The notes under the pieces: model-generated | The model's input: only the letters and a program-made list of their open reading frames with translations | Told to the model about the DNA's origin: nothing | The model's database searches: none | Made by a program: the position numbers and the translations under genes | In this document: positions 27,328 through 31,518 of the stretch, one piece after another | Numbering within the stretch: position 1 is the first letter of the stretch | Layout: each line of letters starts with the position of its first letter | DNA from: Candidatus Delongbacteria bacterium | Lineage (GTDB): Bacteria > UBA4055 | Direction: 5' to 3' | DNA length: 31,518 bases | Assembly: GCA_046482655.1 (NCBI GenBank) | Contig: JAWOER010000037.1 | Span: 1 to 31,518, forward strand

Positions 27328-27356
27328 AATATAAGTAAAAACTGATATTAAAACAA
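27328..27356 (-). promoter_or_regulatory. Putative promoter of the lipoprotein to asnS cluster
   Basis: On the minus strand TTGTTT-17 nt-TATATT, 28 nt upstream of the ATG. Confidence 0.55.
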
Positions 27357-27459
27357 GAAAAAATTAAGCAATTTTTCTCCTTGTGTTAAGCTCTATATTT
27401 GATTATCTTCCTTTTCGGATCGGATTATAATTACTGGGAATATAATTGCGTTGTGAATA

Positions 27460-28065
27460 ATGGGTAGTCTTTTTGAAAGGAATGTGGAGGGAATGACAGC
27501 TTGTTTATCCCGTACTGTTATCGGCATCGCAGGATGCGGCGGGATCGGCTCGAATGTGGCAGCGGCACTTGTAAGGGCTGGTGCGGGCGGACTGTTGATC
27601 GCTGATTTTGATACTGTCGAGATCTCCAATCTCAACAGACAGTATTTTTTTCTCGAAGATCTCGGCTTAAAAAAATCCGATGCATTAAAAAATCGATTGC
27701 TCATGATCAATCCCGACTGCAGTATTTTTTCTTATTCCAAGAAATTGGAAAGAGAAGATATTAAAGATATTTTCGGCAATGCGGACCTGTTGATCGAAGC
27801 TTTCGATGATGCGGAAAGTAAAAGATGGTTGATAGAGGAATGGGCCTGTTCCTTTCCGGCCAAACCTGTAGTATCGGGGAACGGATTATCCGGATACGGA
27901 AAATTTGAAAATATCGGAATAAAAAAAGCGGGAAATATATATTTTTGCGGGGACGGAGTATCTTCTATGGAGGAGGGTCTGTGTTCTGCCAGAGTGGCAA
28001 TCGTAGCAAATATTCAGGCAAATCTTGCGATTGAGATCATGATGAATAAAACACGGGAGCGGTAA
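27460..28065 (+). CDS. thiF: ThiF-family (E1-like) adenylyltransferase, short form without Zn CxxC motifs
   Basis: IAGCGGIGSN, DFDTVEISNLNRQYF...DLGLKKSDAL, LLIEAFD.AESK, ARVAIVANIQAN. Confidence 0.85.
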   Translation: MGSLFERNVEGMTACLSRTVIGIAGCGGIGSNVAAALVRAGAGGLLIADFDTVEISNLNRQYFFLEDLGLKKSDALKNRLLMINPDCSIFSYSKKLEREDIKDIFGNADLLIEAFDDAESKRWLIEEWACSFPAKPVVSGNGLSGYGKFENIGIKKAGNIYFCGDGVSSMEEGLCSARVAIVANIQANLAIEIMMNKTRER

Positions 28066-28066
28066 A

Positions 28067-28459
28067 ATGAGTATATCTAATATCTATATCGAAGTCTTAA
28101 AATACGGTGCCGAAAATCTTAACAGGGGAGTAACTTATAATGAAGCGATTAGACATCTGGGCCGCAATGCTCCGAAAGGTGATTTCGAGCTGTATTTTAA
28201 CAACTGGTTCTACGACAATTTCCATTCTGAGAAAGTTCCCGTACTCAAAAGGAAGCAGTCGGAAGCAGTAATTCTTTCAAGAGATGAGTTGAAAGAAGCC
28301 AACGATAAACAGGTGTTTCTCACAAGCAGTGCTTATTTCAAACTTATGTCATTTTCAAATGACGGGATGAGCAAAGAGGCCATTATCAGCCTGATAATAT
28401 CTTCAACAGCTTTCGTCATCAGTATCGCGACCTACCTTTTTATACTAATCAGGTATTAG
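28067..28459 (+). CDS. Hypothetical protein with a C-terminal transmembrane helix
   Basis: 130-aa ORF starting 1 nt after the thiF stop; hydrophobic end AIISLIISSTAFVISIATYLFILI. Confidence 0.75.
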   Translation: MSISNIYIEVLKYGAENLNRGVTYNEAIRHLGRNAPKGDFELYFNNWFYDNFHSEKVPVLKRKQSEAVILSRDELKEANDKQVFLTSSAYFKLMSFSNDGMSKEAIISLIISSTAFVISIATYLFILIRY

Positions 28460-29931
28460 GTTTCTTTTAACACATCGACCGGATGATGTATCGTACCCCT
28501 TGTCCAGTCCCCCTTAAGGTAAAGTGCAAGTGCCCACAAAAAAGTTAGAAAATTACTGATTACCATTGACCACCACAAAGATTCATATGGATGTTTGCTG
28601 AGCGGGGATGCCATGAGATCAAAGAAAGGCTGCAAAAAGGCAATTGATGAGAAGAACGCAAAATCAGTCAGTCTTCCCGACAATAAATAGACAAGCGGAA
28701 TTCTGAATACCCACAATCTTGCCGTATTGAAGACCATATTATATTTAGTAAATCCAGATCCGTTAAAGACCCCCATAAATACATGGATTATACTGAAAGA
28801 GAAAGAAGCGACGCTGAGTATTTTGAACATTCTGATACCTTTGGATATTACTTCGGGGTCGTCAACAAAGAACTGTGTAAGGTGTCCGCCAAAGAAAAAA
28901 ATGAGTATGTTTATCGGTGCCAAAAACATTATGACGGTCAGAAATGTTGTCCTGATACTTTCTTTTGCCCTCCCAATTTTTCTTGCGCCCAGACACTGAC
29001 CCACAATAGAGGCAAGAGCGTTACTCAAACCCATAGCGGGCATCATGAACAGGCTTGTCATTCTGTTACCTATGGTATGCGCGCTCATTATTACCGTACC
29101 GTAAGAATTTACGAAACCCTGAAGAAAAACGAAACCGAAACTTGTCATGGACATTCCCAGAGAAGAAGGTATACTGATCTTTAGGATGCGCTTCAGTATC
29201 ATCATATCGGGTACGATCTCTCGGAATTTAGGAACAACAATATGAAGCTTTTTAAATATGAATATCACAGCGATCAGAGCAGCGACGAACCGGGAGAATA
29301 TTGTAGCTATTGCGGCTCCTTTAACTCCCATGGCGGGGACAGATCCGAGTCCGAAGATCAAAACTGGATCGATCACGATGTTCAGACCCACGCTTACAAG
29401 CTGGATCTTCATAGGCGATACGGTATCGCCGAAACCGTGTGAAAAGCTCTGGTACAGCATAATGACGAACATGAAAACCATTCCCGGGATAATAAAGGAA
29501 AGATAGGTTACCGCCTGATCAAATATTTGTTCGGGGGTATTTATTAGTTCCAGTACAGTATCGATAAGGGTAAAGGCGATCAAAAGAAAAATTATTGAAA
29601 ATGTAATCAGCAGAAGTATGTATTGGGCAAAGATCTTTTTTATTTCCTTTATTCGTCCCGCTCCCTTATATTGTGCCGTAAGAGCTGTTCCTGCAATAGT
29701 AAATCCTATACCGAAAGAAGATACAAAAAATACTATCGGGAATGACATTCCCACTACTGCCACTGCATCTGTCCCCTGGTCAAGCTTGCCCAGCCAGAAT
29801 GTGTCTGTCAGATTATAAAAGGTCTGAAGCAAATTCGACATCATTATAGGCAGGGACAGGACTATCAGGTTTTTCCATATACTGCCTGATGTCAGATCCT
29901 TAAAATCACTTTGAGCAGTACCGGGTTTCAA
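28456..29931 (-). CDS. MATE family efflux transporter
   Basis: LIVLSLPIMMSNLLQTFYNLTDTFWLG, NIVIDPVLIFG....MGVKGAAIAT, VGQCLGA; TTG start overlapping the NUDIX stop (TTGA). Confidence 0.94.
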   Translation of the reverse strand: MKPGTAQSDFKDLTSGSIWKNLIVLSLPIMMSNLLQTFYNLTDTFWLGKLDQGTDAVAVVGMSFPIVFFVSSFGIGFTIAGTALTAQYKGAGRIKEIKKIFAQYILLLITFSIIFLLIAFTLIDTVLELINTPEQIFDQAVTYLSFIIPGMVFMFVIMLYQSFSHGFGDTVSPMKIQLVSVGLNIVIDPVLIFGLGSVPAMGVKGAAIATIFSRFVAALIAVIFIFKKLHIVVPKFREIVPDMMILKRILKISIPSSLGMSMTSFGFVFLQGFVNSYGTVIMSAHTIGNRMTSLFMMPAMGLSNALASIVGQCLGARKIGRAKESIRTTFLTVIMFLAPINILIFFFGGHLTQFFVDDPEVISKGIRMFKILSVASFSFSIIHVFMGVFNGSGFTKYNMVFNTARLWVFRIPLVYLLSGRLTDFAFFSSIAFLQPFFDLMASPLSKHPYESLWWSMVISNFLTFLWALALYLKGDWTRGTIHHPVDVLKET

Positions 29932-30383
29932 ATTGCTTCACTCTCAGTTTCTGTAAAAAAAGTGTTCACATCATTTCCCGAAACGATCTTTTGTATAAGT
30001 TCAGTAAGAATGACCGGCTTAAGATTAAAAAATTCCAGATCGTCTATATCCACCCATATCATTTCTAAATGGTCCTCCAAAGCAGCTACTTTTTCGGAAT
30101 AAAACCTTTTATAAAATGTATATGTAAAGTATAATGCTATTTCGTGGCAGGATCTTTTTTCTGCGTCGGTAAAGATGTTCTCTATGGTCCAAAGATGATA
30201 TCCTATTCTGCCTTCCGCCCCGATCTCTTCGAGCATTTCCCTGTCCAAAGCATGTCTGGCGGTTTCTCCAAATTCAATGTGTCCCCCGGGCAGAAAAGTG
30301 TAATCCCGATCTTTTTGCCGGGCAAGCAAAATCTTGTTCTCAGATCCTTTGAATATCAGTGCTCTGACAATATTTTCGATCAT
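29928..30383 (-). CDS. NUDIX hydrolase
   Basis: Nudix box GGHIEFGETARHALDREMLEEIG. Start moved to MIEN (30383), behind SD GGAG and downstream of the predicted promoter. Confidence 0.9.
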   Translation of the reverse strand: MIENIVRALIFKGSENKILLARQKDRDYTFLPGGHIEFGETARHALDREMLEEIGAEGRIGYHLWTIENIFTDAEKRSCHEIALYFTYTFYKRFYSEKVAALEDHLEMIWVDIDDLEFFNLKPVILTELIQKIVSGNDVNTFFTETESEAI

Positions 30384-30405
30384 CCGAGGCTCCATTTTTT
30401 TCGTA

Positions 30406-30434
30406 AAGTTAAGTGAGAGAGTGCCGAATGTCAA
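30406..30434 (-). promoter_or_regulatory. Putative promoter of NUDIX-MATE
   Basis: On the minus strand TTGACA-17 nt-TAACTT. Confidence 0.7.
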
Positions 30435-30488
30435 TACAAAAGGTGATATTGAGACAGGCAGGACAGGTAAATATTATACCATAACTTC

Positions 30489-30517
30489 TTGAAATTGAGC
30501 TGAAAGCTTAGTATATT
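30489..30517 (+). promoter_or_regulatory. Putative promoter of the TPR gene
   Basis: TTGAAA-17 nt-TATATT. Confidence 0.65.
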
Positions 30518-30543
30518 GCCGTCGTGTAACAATTGGAGTGAAA

Positions 30544-31518
30544 ATGAAACAAAACCCAAAAATAGATAAAGATATTCGGGATCTAAAGAACAGTCTTCAG
30601 TCTGATTTCGGCAGGAATAATTATAAGAACCTACACAGAAGAGCAACAGAATTATATAACAAAGCAAAGGCGATCGGTTATTTAAAAGGTGAGTACGGGT
30701 CCTTGAATATTCTGGGAAATGCAAGTTTTATCATCTGTGATTACCAAAAGGCACAATCATATTTTCTAAGATCGATCGAAGTTGCCGAAAAGATGAAAGA
30801 TCTAAAGGATCTTGCTTTTGGACTGAATAATATCGGGATCATATTTTTCCGGCTCAAAAATTTTAAAAGAGCACTGGAATACTACAATAAAGCCCTGAAT
30901 ATAAAGCTCAGGTTTAATAACAAAGCAAGCATTTCAACAACATACAATAATATCGGTCTTATTTATCATAATTTGAAAGAATATGATAAAGCTTTAGAAT
31001 ATTTCCAAAGGTCTCTAAAGATAGATAAAGAGATCAACAATAGCCATGCAATATGCAGAGAACTTTCCAATATGGGACTTGTATGGAAGTTTAAAAATGA
31101 TTTGGACAAATCCCTCAAATTCTTTAAAGATTCATATGAGGAGAGCAGAAAAATAAGTTACAAGAAAGGTATGGCGACCGCACTTTCAAATATTTCAAAT
31201 CATTATCTGACTGCCGGTGAGCACGATAAAGCTCTGGAAAAGGCGCTTGAGGGGGAAGAAATAGCTCTCAAGATCAACTCTAATAACCATCTGTTCCATT
31301 TCTATATGACCATTGCCGGAGCTTTTGAGAAAAAGAAAAATTACAAAAAAGCTCTTAAATATTTCAAGAAATATACAGAATTAAAGGACAGCATACTTTC
31401 CGAAGAAACACACAATAAGATAATGGAAATGCAGATCAAATACGAATCGGAAAAAAATGAAAGAGAACTTGAGCTGTATCAGTCAAAAACGAAGGAACTG
31501 GAGTTACTTAATGCAAAA
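30544..31518 (+). CDS. TPR-repeat protein, probably the N-terminus of a signalling protein; truncated by the window end
   Basis: Not in the ORF track because there is no stop. Manual translation MKQNPKID...LNNIGIIFFRLKNFKRALEYYNKAL...YNNIGLIYHNLKEYDKALEYFQRSL...LKDSILSEE...MQIKYESEKNERE; SD GGAG upstream. Confidence 0.9.
   Translation, partial: MKQNPKIDKDIRDLKNSLQSDFGRNNYKNLHRRATELYNKAKAIGYLKGEYGSLNILGNASFIICDYQKAQSYFLRSIEVAEKMKDLKDLAFGLNNIGIIFFRLKNFKRALEYYNKALNIKLRFNNKASISTTYNNIGLIYHNLKEYDKALEYFQRSLKIDKEINNSHAICRELSNMGLVWKFKNDLDKSLKFFKDSYEESRKISYKKGMATALSNISNHYLTAGEHDKALEKALEGEEIALKINSNNHLFHFYMTIAGAFEKKKNYKKALKYFKKYTELKDSILSEETHNKIMEMQIKYESEKNERELELYQSKTKELELLNAK

Noticed and set aside
27300-27459. 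Possible TPP riboswitch upstream of thiF
   Set aside because: None of the conserved TPP aptamer elements (CUGAGA, CCUGA..GUAAUGC) is recognisable.
684-30724. The many 60-220 aa ORFs antisense to or out of frame with recognised genes (for example 684-995, 7022-7366, 14757-15167, 16562-17221, 19377-19886, 28783-29184, 30431-30724)
   Set aside because: They lie opposite or within well-supported genes, have no recognisable motifs or SD sites, and the repetitive 16562-17221 ORF merely mirrors the TSP3 repeats.

Overview
A mostly housekeeping chromosomal window from an AT-rich bacterium that looks like a member of the FCB superphylum. This placement is inferred from TrmD HYKGID, a long S16, batD/batE and a TSP3-type OmpA; the organism nevertheless uses Shine-Dalgarno sites. 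Gene order: ffh-rpsP-rimM-trmD-rplS (minus); a decayed AAA+/DUF4143 ATPase remnant plus an antitoxin/PIN-toxin pair; M3 oligopeptidase, orphan pilin, dGTPase and Ca/Na antiporter; DUF2158 and panD; secD-secF-purA (minus); rplU-rpmA and trmL; OmpA with TSP3 repeats; lpdA; batD-batE-HPr-EI (minus); DUF302; lipoprotein, a 61-aa Cys-rich ORF, asnS, mce and a cNMP-binding protein (minus); ThiF-like plus a membrane-anchored unknown; NUDIX-MATE (minus); and a TPR protein cut off by the window end. I found no tRNA, rRNA, CRISPR array, transposase or integrase, and no clearly new multi-gene system. The best leads are: (1) a Cys-containing, relocated candidate homolog of DUF4295/ribosomal protein bL38; (2) a recurrent TTGnnn-17-TAnnTT promoter signature; (3) a roughly 30-aa insertion in S16; (4) a ghost ATPase gene next to an intact TA module; (5) a translationally coupled pilin-dGTPase pair. 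All family assignments come from motif recognition by eye; no database search was run.
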